A stretch of DNA of 64,000 bases, taken from NCBI GenBank assembly GCA_027491915.1, contig JAOZGC010000004.1, forward strand, positions 32,001 to 96,000, written 5' to 3'. Position numbers and translations under genes: made by a program. Shown here piece after piece: positions 17,898-26,575 of the stretch (its first letter is position 1; each line of letters opens with the position of its first letter). A model generated the notes under the pieces. It saw only the letters and a list, made by a program, of their open reading frames with translations. It was not told the origin of the DNA and ran no database searches. This DNA is from Thermoproteota archaeon (GTDB taxonomy: Archaea; Korarchaeota; Korarchaeia; Korarchaeales; Korarchaeaceae).

Positions 17898-20800
17898 CCT
17901 TGATCGCCTCCAACAACCTCTCTGTCTTCTCCCAGTCCCAGGAGAGCCTCACCCTGCCCGTACCCACGGGTGGTGTCTGGCCCATTATCAAGGCGTCCAG
18001 CGGCCCGTTTATAGGGTTTCTCTCGCCCCTCATGGCGGTGTTCAGGGCGACGTGGTAAACCCACTCGAACGCCATCTTGCTCAGCGGACTCTTCATGACG
18101 GCAAAAAATCCTGATGGAACCCCGGAGGCCTGGAGGGCTATCGGGAGGATCTTCCCGGCGTAGGTCATGGCGTCCACCACGAGGGTGACGTACCTCCTGT
18201 CGACCTCCAGACCCTGCTCTCTCAAAACCTTCAAGAGCTCCCGGAGGAGGCACTCCCTTCCGGCCTCTATACCCAGAATCTCAGTTATCTCCCTGCAGTC
18301 GTTGGTCAACGTCCTGGTTGGATCCACAAATTCCAGCCTGAGCACCTCCCTCAGGTTGGAGCCCCTCGTCCTCAGATAGTACTCGTAACCCCCGTCGGAG
18401 GTCTCCTGCCTTATCGCGTTTATCCCCTTTATCCCCTTTATTCCCCTGACCTGCTTGGACACTATGCGCATGGACCAGGACCTGAGCGTCTGGTAGGGCT
18501 TCTCCCTCTCGGCTATGTCCGGCATGTCGACCAATATGAGGTCCCCCTCCACGCTGACCCTCCCCTTGATCCCCTTTGAGGCGGCCTTCACCACGGAGGC
18601 CAGCTCGTCCATCTCCACCCCGCTCTCCCTCATCTTCTCCGGGTCGACCCTCATGACCAGCCTGAATCCCTCGCTGTCTATCTGGAACTCGGAGAGGAGA
18701 TCCCTGACCAGGACCTCCTTTATCCTCCTCATGGCCTCCTCCACCTTTTCCCTGTCCCTGGCCCACTCCCCCCTGAGGCGTATCTCCATGGTGGGGGTGC
18801 TGGTCGAGGCGTAGAACACGAGCTCCTTGAACCTCTCGACCCCGTGGGTGACGTCCATCGTGAGCACCCCGGGGGCGTGGAAGGTCCTGAGCACCATCTG
18901 GGTGGTGGGCTCCGCTATACTCTGGGCGCTTATTATCCCTATCGGGGTGAGCACATCTACCTTGGCGGCCTCGAAGCCCCTCTTCACCTCCTCGCAGACC
19001 TCTCTGGCCTCCTTCTCGCTGGCTCTGGCCTCGATCAACATCTCCGCCAGCCTCTCTGGGAGGCCGTACCCGGCGACCACCTGCCTTATCCTCTTCTTGG
19101 GGACCCTCTTCCTCACGCCCCTGACGTGTCTCTCTATGACCTTATCGAAATTGATTGGCTCCCCCCTGAACAGCTTCACCGGATCGTACCCGTCTCCCCC
19201 GAACCTGAACTGTATCACCCGGCCGTAGCTGTCCCTGACCGTTCCGTCGTACTCCACGTATATGTCCTTCAGCGCGTTGGCCACCCTCCTGTAGAAGTAG
19301 CCGCTGTCCTCGGTCCTCCTGCCCTTGTCTATCAGCGACTCCCTGCTGCTCATGGCGTGAAAGACGAACTCCGCCGGGTTCAATCCCTTGAGGTAGCCGC
19401 TCTTGACGAACCCGCCGGCCTCCAGGCTCATGTCCCCCCTCCTGAAGTAAGAGAGCACCCTGCCCTTGAAGCCCTTCTTCGGCTTCCCGCTGGTCAGGAC
19501 GAACCCGACCCTCCTCTTGACGGTCTGCTGACCGACCGTGCCCACCACCTGCGCCAGGTTTGCCAGGGAGCCCCTCGCCCCTATCTTGGCCATCACGATG
19601 GCGTTGCTCTCCGGATTCAGGTGCCTGGCCACGACCGAATTTATCTCCGATCTGAGAGCATCCAGATCCCTGACCATCTCGAATTCGAGCATCTGATCCT
19701 CCAAGGTCGCTCTTATCATCTCCTCCTTCGTCCTGTACTGCCCCGTCACCCTCCTCCTCGCTCTCCGGAATTCCTCGGCCTTCCTGTTCACCCTCTCCGC
19801 CGCCACCCTGTAGAGCTCCTCTATCTCCTCCTCGGCCTCCCTGGGCAGGAGGAGCTCCTGGAGGGACACGGTCACCCCTATACTCGTCACGAACTTTGCC
19901 GCCATCCTGAGCGCCCTGTTCAGGAAGTCCGCCGCGACCTCCTCGCCGTAATCCCTTATCAGCAGGTCTATTATGGTCCGCTTCCCCTTCACGAGCGTTC
20001 CGACCACGTCGTCGTCTATGACCCCGCTGAGAAGCTGACCATTCCTTATCATCACGTGGCCGTCCACCGGACTCTCAGGAGAGGAACAGCTCGGCACGTC
20101 AGGGCACACCTTGGCCGTGGTCACCATGTTGAAGTCCTTTGGGAGGAGCTCCGAGAACAGCTGCTTTCCGGTCCACATCTCTATCGGGGAGAGCACCGCC
20201 GGCTCGGGGAGGTCGGTCACTCCCGCAGAAGCCAGTATTATAGACGCCTCCTCCCTGGTGAAGAGAGAATCCTTCCTCGTCAAGTAGTACAGGGCGGTGA
20301 CGAAGTCCTGTCTGGCCCCGACGATGGAGCCGCCCGTCCTGGGCGAGAGCATGTTCTTCTTGACGTTCATCAGCTTCGCCGCCTCCACCCTGGCCTCGGT
20401 CAGCTGGGGGGCGTGCAGGTTCATCTCGTCCCCGTCGAAGTCGGCGTTGTACGGGACGCAAACCCCGGGGTGGAGCCTGAACGTCGCCCCAGGCAGGACC
20501 TTCACCCGATGCCCCATTATCGAGAGCCTGTGGAGGGAGGGCTGCCTGTTGAAGATCACGTTGTCCCCGTCCATCAGGTGTCTCTCCACCACGTCTCCAA
20601 TCTGGAGCTCCTCGGCCAGAGCCTTCAGGAGTCCCCTCCTCTGGACGACCCTCAGGTTTATGGGCATTCCGCCCGACTTCCTGACGTAGTTGGCCCCCGG
20701 ATGGCTGTCCGGCCCCCTCAGCACCAGATCCTTCATCCTCTCAATGTTGCTCTCGTTGACGTACTCGGGAATCGTGAGGGTCTTCGCTATCTCCACCGGC

Positions 20801-21867
20801 ACGCCGACCTCGTCTATGTCCAACATCGGGTCGGGGGATATGACCGTCCTGCTGGAGAAATCGACCCTCTTGCCCACGAGGTTCTTCCGGAGCCTACCCT
20901 CCTTACCCTCCAGCCTCTGGAAGAGGGACTTGAGCGGCCTCCTGGTTCCCCTCTGGGTGGCCAGGGGGAGGCCCGATATGGAGTTCCTGAACAGCACGGC
21001 CACCCAGTACTGCAGCAGGTCCCACTCGCTCTCGACCACGCTGTTCGGGGCGCCGGTCTTTATCGAGTAGGCCAGCTTCTGATTTGCCTTCACCACCTCC
21101 CCCAGCATGTGGGTCAGGTCGTCCTCGGATCTCTCTCCAGTCTCTAAGAAGATCGACGGCCTCACGGTCGGAGGAGGAACCAGCAGGACGGTCATCACCG
21201 TCCACTCCGGCCTGGAGGTCTCCGGATTGAACCCCATCAGGAGGCAGTCGTCGTTCGGGATCCTCTCCAGCCTGTCCCTCACCTCGGTCGGCCAGAGCCT
21301 CCTGGGCTCCGGCTCCTTGACTATGAACTTGAACACCTCCTCCAAGCTGATCTTCTCTATCCTAGCCCCGCAGTGGGGACAGGTCTTCTCCTTCTTCGTG
21401 TACCTCTTGACGGCCTCCTTCACCTCTCTGACGAGCCCGTCGTCCACCACCTTATCCGGGTTCTCCTCGGCGAACTTCCGGGCCCTCTCTATGTACGCCC
21501 TCCTCTCCTCCTCCGGCAGCAGCACCTTCCCGCAGGAGGGGCAGGTGGAGTTCAGGATGTCTTTTATCCTCCTGACGTATCCTATGTGAAAAACTGGCTT
21601 GGTTAGCTCTATTCTGCCAAAGTGTCCGGGGCACATGGACTGCAGGTTCCCGCAGGTCGGGCACCTGACCCTGGGATTCGTGGTGCCGAGCCTGGGGTCC
21701 AGGACTCCCCCCTGTATCGGGAGGCCCCCCTCGTCGTACGCCGTCGGCTCCCTTATCTCTATTATCCCCATGCGCCTTATGACCGAGGGGGAAAGGAGCC
21801 CGAACCTGACTGCGTTGAGGACGTTTGGCAGGGCCTCCTCTTTCTCGACCGGGCTGGCCAGCGTCAC
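17881..21867 (-). CDS. rpoA: DNA-directed RNA polymerase largest subunit, unsplit A'+A''
   Basis: CPGHFG, GKRVDFS, FNRQPSLH and YNADFDGDEMN, continuing in frame into A'' motifs (AQSIAEPTTQM..TFH, GTG). Confidence 0.97.
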   Translation of the reverse strand: MTLASPVEKEEALPNVLNAVRFGLLSPSVIRRMGIIEIREPTAYDEGGLPIQGGVLDPRLGTTNPRVRCPTCGNLQSMCPGHFGRIELTKPVFHIGYVRRIKDILNSTCPSCGKVLLPEEERRAYIERARKFAEENPDKVVDDGLVREVKEAVKRYTKKEKTCPHCGARIEKISLEEVFKFIVKEPEPRRLWPTEVRDRLERIPNDDCLLMGFNPETSRPEWTVMTVLLVPPPTVRPSIFLETGERSEDDLTHMLGEVVKANQKLAYSIKTGAPNSVVESEWDLLQYWVAVLFRNSISGLPLATQRGTRRPLKSLFQRLEGKEGRLRKNLVGKRVDFSSRTVISPDPMLDIDEVGVPVEIAKTLTIPEYVNESNIERMKDLVLRGPDSHPGANYVRKSGGMPINLRVVQRRGLLKALAEELQIGDVVERHLMDGDNVIFNRQPSLHRLSIMGHRVKVLPGATFRLHPGVCVPYNADFDGDEMNLHAPQLTEARVEAAKLMNVKKNMLSPRTGGSIVGARQDFVTALYYLTRKDSLFTREEASIILASAGVTDLPEPAVLSPIEMWTGKQLFSELLPKDFNMVTTAKVCPDVPSCSSPESPVDGHVMIRNGQLLSGVIDDDVVGTLVKGKRTIIDLLIRDYGEEVAADFLNRALRMAAKFVTSIGVTVSLQELLLPREAEEEIEELYRVAAERVNRKAEEFRRARRRVTGQYRTKEEMIRATLEDQMLEFEMVRDLDALRSEINSVVARHLNPESNAIVMAKIGARGSLANLAQVVGTVGQQTVKRRVGFVLTSGKPKKGFKGRVLSYFRRGDMSLEAGGFVKSGYLKGLNPAEFVFHAMSSRESLIDKGRRTEDSGYFYRRVANALKDIYVEYDGTVRDSYGRVIQFRFGGDGYDPVKLFRGEPINFDKVIERHVRGVRKRVPKKRIRQVVAGYGLPERLAEMLIEARASEKEAREVCEEVKRGFEAAKVDVLTPIGIISAQSIAEPTTQMVLRTFHAPGVLTMDVTHGVERFKELVFYASTSTPTMEIRLRGEWARDREKVEEAMRRIKEVLVRDLLSEFQIDSEGFRLVMRVDPEKMRESGVEMDELASVVKAASKGIKGRVSVEGDLILVDMPDIAEREKPYQTLRSWSMRIVSKQVRGIKGIKGINAIRQETSDGGYEYYLRTRGSNLREVLRLEFVDPTRTLTNDCREITEILGIEAGRECLLRELLKVLREQGLEVDRRYVTLVVDAMTYAGKILPIALQASGVPSGFFAVMKSPLSKMAFEWVYHVALNTAMRGERNPINGPLDALIMGQTPPVGTGRVRLSWDWEKTERLLEAIKVGRSE

Positions 21868-21868
21868 G

Positions 21869-24800
21869 TCAGACCCCCTCCCCCACCTCCAACCTGACGT
21901 CTATCAGCCCGGTCATCAGCTCCTGTATCAGGAGCTTCGAGGCGTGGCTCATTATCAGCGGGCGGACCTCCGTCGGCTTCTGGCACCTCTCGCATATGAA
22001 CTGATTCTTTATGGAGTTGAAGTACGCCAGAGAGCCGCACTTCTTGCACACGTACACTATGGTGCGATCGGAGTGCTCTATGTACCTGTCCCTCAGCATG
22101 GAGGCCGCCCCGTGAGATATCAGGACCTCTCCCTCCATCTCTCCCAGTTTCAGGCCGCCGCCGCGGGCCCTGCCCTCCACGGGCTGCCTCGTTAGGAGCT
22201 GCACCTTCCCCCTGGCCCTGGCGTGGATCTTGTCCCGCACCATGTGCTTCAGCCTCTGGTAGAAGCTTATCCCTATGAATATGGGGGCCCTTATCATCTT
22301 CCCGGTCCTCCCGTCGTACATTATCTCCTCCCCGGTCGGCTCGAATCCCAACCTCTTCAGGGCCTCGAACAGGTCTCCAACCGGCTCCTTGGCGAAGGGC
22401 GTGCCGTCGACGAACCTGCCCTCCAGGGCACCGACCTTGCCGGCCAGAATCTCTATGAGCTGCCCTATGGTCATCCTTGACGGTATGGCGTGGGGATCCA
22501 TCACTATGTCCGGGGTTATGCCCTGCGAGGTGAAGGGCATGTCCTCCTGCCTGAATATCATCCCCACCACACCCTTCTGACCGTGCCTGGTCGCGAACTT
22601 GTCTCCGAGCTCCGGGGGCCGGGTCTCCCTCACCCTTACCCTCGCCATCTTCTCGCCGTCGGCCGTTGTCACAAGATACACGTCGTCGACTATCCCCCTC
22701 TCCCACGCCCTCATGGCGACAGACGTGTCCCTCCTCTCGAAGGCGTAGGTGAACCCGGCCGGCCCGGCGCTGAGCTCCGGCGAGAATCTGGGTGGGCTCG
22801 TCCTCCCTATGAGCACGTCCCCGCCCTCCACCTCGGTCTCGACGTCCACTATCCCGTCCTCCCCCAGCTTGCTGTAAGCGCTCTCGTCCCTCTTCCCAGT
22901 GACCCCCTTCAGGGGGTAGGGATTCTCGAACCTATCTCCCTCCACTATCGCCTGCCTCATCGCAACGGCCTCGTAGGTCCTGAAGAACACCCCCCTGGCC
23001 ATTCCCCGGTCTATCCCGCCCTTGTTCAGGACTATGGCGTCGTCCATGTTGTACCCGTCCATCGGCATCAGGGCGACCACCAGGTTCTGACCCGACGGCC
23101 TCAGATCGTACCCCACCAGCTCTCCCGTCCTGGTCCTCACTATGGGCCTCTGCACGTAGTGCATCGTGTAGGCCCTGCTGTCCATCCTGAGCCTCCAGTT
23201 GGTGGCGTATACGCCGAGCCCCTGCTTAACCATGTTCCCCCCTATGATGTCCCTCGGCAGGGCGTTGTGCTCGGCGTATGGGATCTGCCCCGCGGCCACC
23301 CCCAGCATCATGTAGGGTGCGAAGTCCAGGTGGGTGTGCTCCGGCCCCAGGCTGGCCAGATCAAACGCCACAACCGCCTCCTCCTCCTCATCGGCGTCGA
23401 GCATCTCGACGACTCCCCGGTCGACCAGCTCCGAGAAGGAGATGCGGCCGGCCTCTACGTCCGGCAGGAGCCTGATGGCCTCCTCTATCCTGTCCACCGG
23501 GATCAGGGGCCTCCTCATCCTCCCGGAGTCGGCGTTGATCACCACGGAACCCTCGTCCTCCAGGTAGGCTATGTTCACCTCCCACCCGAGCTCGCTCCTT
23601 ATCGCCCTGAGCCTGGTCACCAGGCCGCGGGGATCGTCGGTCATTCCCACCAGGATCCCGCTGACGTACACCGGGTGGAGGGACCCCACCTCCCTCGGGC
23701 TGCACTCCCTTATCGGCTTGACCCTCCCGTCGGCCAGCACCCTCTCTATTATGGGCCGGGGGTCCTCCCCGTAGGTGACGTCCGCGAACATGGCCAGGCT
23801 CCTGACCAACCCGACGTTGGTCCCCTCCGGGGTCTCCAGGGGGCACAGCCTGCCCACGGTGGTCCCGTGGATCTGGCGGGCCTCGTGCAGGGGCAGCCCA
23901 GGGGGGAGAGGGGAGTTCACCCTCCTCAGGTGCTGCATCACCGACACGTAGTTGGTCCTGTCTATGTTCTGGCTGACCCCCAGCTCTCCCCCGGGCCAGG
24001 TTCCGGTCGCCAGGGCCCTGAGTATCCTCTCGGTTATCCTGCTCCTCCCGGTGATTATCTTCCTCAGATCTATCTCGAAGACGCCAGAACTCAGCTGCTC
24101 GTCGGACTTCTCCTTGAGATCCCTGGCCAGCCTGTAAAACGCATCTCTGAAGGCCTGCTGCATCAGGTCTCCAACCAACCTCAACCTCTTGTTGGCGAAG
24201 TGGTCCCTGTCGTCCGGGGGTATCAACCCCTTGACCACCATCAGGAGCTTCCTTATCATCCTGGCGAGGAAGTAGGCCTTGGGCAGGTCGTCATCCTCCG
24301 AGTTCCCCATGTGGGGGAGCAGGGATCTCCTCAGGTACTCCCTGGCGGCGCGGATCCTCTCCCTCTTCGGGGCGCTTTGGATGATCCTCCGGCCGAGGTA
24401 GTCCAGGGCCTCGTCCCTGTCGACGGGCCCGGGGGCGCCCTCCTCCTCGGCCCTCCTCTGGACGTCGTCCAAGCTGTAGAGGAACTCGCTCTTTATCTCT
24501 GGATCGTCCGAGATGGCGTCCATTATATCCCTGTCGGTGACCAGTCCCAGCGCCTTCAGGAGCATGGCAACCGGAACGGTCCGGAGCGGACCGAAGGAAG
24601 CCTTTATCGTCCCGTCCCGCGGGTAATACTCCAGAAATATCCTGCTCCTGAACCCGGCCTTGGTGGATATCACGTAGGCGGCGTGGGAATAGGGCTTGTT
24701 CTCTGCGGTGGTCGCCTCCACTATCACCTTGTTCGGCGCTATGTCGTCCCTGATGACGACCACCCTCTCAGACCCGTTTATTATGAAATACCCCCCGGGA

Positions 24801-25201
24801 TCGGCCGGATCGTCGCCCTTATCCAGGATCTCTTCCTCCGTGAGGTTGCTCAACACGCACCTGGACGATCTGACCATTATGGGGAGGTTTCCTATCTTGA
24901 GCTCTTCCCTCTTGAGCTCCAGGCCCTGGCTCTCGACCCTTATCTCCAGCGTAACCGGCGCCCAGTAGGTTAGCTTCCTGAGTCGGGCCTCCGTCGGGTT
25001 GATCGTCGTTTTGGCCCCGTCATACTCCTCTATTTCCGGGCTGCCGACCTCTATCCTCCCCAGCCTGATCTTATAGTTCTCCACAAGCTCTATCTCCCTG
25101 AAGGCGTCCACCACCTCCTGGAGCCCCCTCTCCAGGAACCTGTTGAAGGACTGGATCTGGACGTCCACGGGTCCGTGTTCCATGAAGTAGGCCTTCACCA
25201 T
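21869..25201 (-). CDS. rpoB: DNA-directed RNA polymerase subunit B, unsplit
   Basis: DPGGYFIINGSERV, CPLETPEG, GDKFATRHGQKG, PSRMTIG, YQRLKHMV and a C-terminal Zn ribbon; the true start may be an upstream CTG. Confidence 0.97.
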   Translation of the reverse strand: MVKAYFMEHGPVDVQIQSFNRFLERGLQEVVDAFREIELVENYKIRLGRIEVGSPEIEEYDGAKTTINPTEARLRKLTYWAPVTLEIRVESQGLELKREELKIGNLPIMVRSSRCVLSNLTEEEILDKGDDPADPGGYFIINGSERVVVIRDDIAPNKVIVEATTAENKPYSHAAYVISTKAGFRSRIFLEYYPRDGTIKASFGPLRTVPVAMLLKALGLVTDRDIMDAISDDPEIKSEFLYSLDDVQRRAEEEGAPGPVDRDEALDYLGRRIIQSAPKRERIRAAREYLRRSLLPHMGNSEDDDLPKAYFLARMIRKLLMVVKGLIPPDDRDHFANKRLRLVGDLMQQAFRDAFYRLARDLKEKSDEQLSSGVFEIDLRKIITGRSRITERILRALATGTWPGGELGVSQNIDRTNYVSVMQHLRRVNSPLPPGLPLHEARQIHGTTVGRLCPLETPEGTNVGLVRSLAMFADVTYGEDPRPIIERVLADGRVKPIRECSPREVGSLHPVYVSGILVGMTDDPRGLVTRLRAIRSELGWEVNIAYLEDEGSVVINADSGRMRRPLIPVDRIEEAIRLLPDVEAGRISFSELVDRGVVEMLDADEEEEAVVAFDLASLGPEHTHLDFAPYMMLGVAAGQIPYAEHNALPRDIIGGNMVKQGLGVYATNWRLRMDSRAYTMHYVQRPIVRTRTGELVGYDLRPSGQNLVVALMPMDGYNMDDAIVLNKGGIDRGMARGVFFRTYEAVAMRQAIVEGDRFENPYPLKGVTGKRDESAYSKLGEDGIVDVETEVEGGDVLIGRTSPPRFSPELSAGPAGFTYAFERRDTSVAMRAWERGIVDDVYLVTTADGEKMARVRVRETRPPELGDKFATRHGQKGVVGMIFRQEDMPFTSQGITPDIVMDPHAIPSRMTIGQLIEILAGKVGALEGRFVDGTPFAKEPVGDLFEALKRLGFEPTGEEIMYDGRTGKMIRAPIFIGISFYQRLKHMVRDKIHARARGKVQLLTRQPVEGRARGGGLKLGEMEGEVLISHGAASMLRDRYIEHSDRTIVYVCKKCGSLAYFNSIKNQFICERCQKPTEVRPLIMSHASKLLIQELMTGLIDVRLEVGEGV

Positions 25202-25306
25202 CGGATAGAAATCGACGGAATCGGATCTCGGCCTAACATAACCAGATTCGGACAGGTTCAGGTCAATCCCCCCACAACCGAGCAGCAGGGTCTCAAGATC
25301 GAGCGA

Positions 25307-25618
25307 TCACCCTTCCACCACCAGCCTGTAGGTGGGGGCCTCCTCCCCAGGCCGGATCACCTTTATCACGTCTCCCGGTTTGGCTCCGATCTGAGACGCG
25401 ACCGGGTCGCTGGCCAAGATCTTGGGGAAGAGATCGAGCGGCCCATACGTCTCGGCCAGCCTGGCCTTCTCCTCATCGGAGACAAGCTCGTGGCGCGGAA
25501 CCAGGACGTGATCCATCAGGTTGAATTTTGGCTTGGAATGGACTTTCTTCCCGGTCCGAACCCTGCTCTTCTTCTGAGTTTTGACCCTCTTCTTTACGTT
25601 TTTTCTCTTTGAGGTCAA
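25307..25618 (-). CDS. rpoH: RNA polymerase subunit H (Rpo5) with basic N-terminal extension
   Basis: HVLVPRHE, FPKILASDPV, GAKPGDVIKVIR, YRLVV; TTG start after GGGGTGG. Confidence 0.92.
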   Translation of the reverse strand: MTSKRKNVKKRVKTQKKSRVRTGKKVHSKPKFNLMDHVLVPRHELVSDEEKARLAETYGPLDLFPKILASDPVASQIGAKPGDVIKVIRPGEEAPTYRLVVEG

Positions 25619-25712
25619 TGAGTCCACCCCTCTCTGGAGGCCCCCCGTCACCCACCCCGCGCGGTACCCGGCTTTAAAAGGTTTGTCGCCCGGATCCGCC
25701 CGGTGGGTAGGC

Positions 25713-26267
25713 ATGGGCGTCGTGGAGGTGAGGTGGCACGGAAGGGGGGGACAGGGTACCGTGCTGGCCTCGAGGATACTGGCCAAGGCGGCCTTCTACG
25801 AGGGGAAGTGGCCCCAAGCCTTCCCCTTCTTCGGGGCGGAGAGGAGGGGGGCCCCGGTCATGGCGTTCACGAGGATCGGCTCCTATGAGATCAAGCTCAG
25901 GAGTCAGGTCTACGAGCCTGACGTGCTGGTGATAGTGGACCCCCTGCTGGTGCGTCTGCCCGACGTGTACAGGGGCCTCAAGCGGGGAGGGACCATAGTC
26001 GCTAACACGCGCGCCGGTCCGGAGTCCCTTCCGGGGGAGGCCGAGACGAGGGGCACCGTGGACGCCACCGGGATAGCGCTCGAGCTCGGGCTCAGGGTGG
26101 CCGGGCTCCCGGTCCCCAACACGGCCATGGTGGGGGCCGTGGCCAGGGTGACGGGCCTGGCGGGCTTAGACTCCGTCAGGAGGGCCATAGGGGAGATGCT
26201 CGGATCCAGGGCGGAGGAGAACGTCAGGGCGGCGGAGCTGGGGTACGAGCGGGTCAGGGTGATCTGA
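25713..26267 (+). CDS. porG: 2-oxoacid:ferredoxin oxidoreductase gamma subunit
   Basis: EVRWHGRGGQG, FPFFGAERRGAPV, PNTAMVGA. Confidence 0.93.
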   Translation: MGVVEVRWHGRGGQGTVLASRILAKAAFYEGKWPQAFPFFGAERRGAPVMAFTRIGSYEIKLRSQVYEPDVLVIVDPLLVRLPDVYRGLKRGGTIVANTRAGPESLPGEAETRGTVDATGIALELGLRVAGLPVPNTAMVGAVARVTGLAGLDSVRRAIGEMLGSRAEENVRAAELGYERVRVI

Positions 26268-26501
26268 TCACTCCCCGGCGTACCTGTCGTAGAACCTGGC
26301 GTACACGTCCTCGGTCTCGTCCCCCCCATAGACGGGGACGGTGTCCTTCAGCCCGCAGTTGAAGCACGCTATCAAGGCCACCTTCCCCTTCCTGTCTATC
26401 TCCACGGTCACCGAGTTGTGCATGCACCGGGGACACCTGAAGAAGCTGCTGCGTCTCGGCCTCCTCACCTGCCTTGGCGCCCTGCGCTTCCTCCTGCCCA
26501 A
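26268..26501 (-). CDS. elf1: Transcription elongation factor Elf1
   Basis: GRRKRR..FRCPRC..ACFNCG..DVYARFYD. Confidence 0.88.
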   Translation of the reverse strand: MGRRKRRAPRQVRRPRRSSFFRCPRCMHNSVTVEIDRKGKVALIACFNCGLKDTVPVYGGDETEDVYARFYDRYAGE

Positions 26502-26575
26502 TCTCCCTTCCCCACCCCTATCTCGGTGGACCGCCAAGTATTAAACTCGCGGCCCCGACGCCGCCGAGGTAGGAG

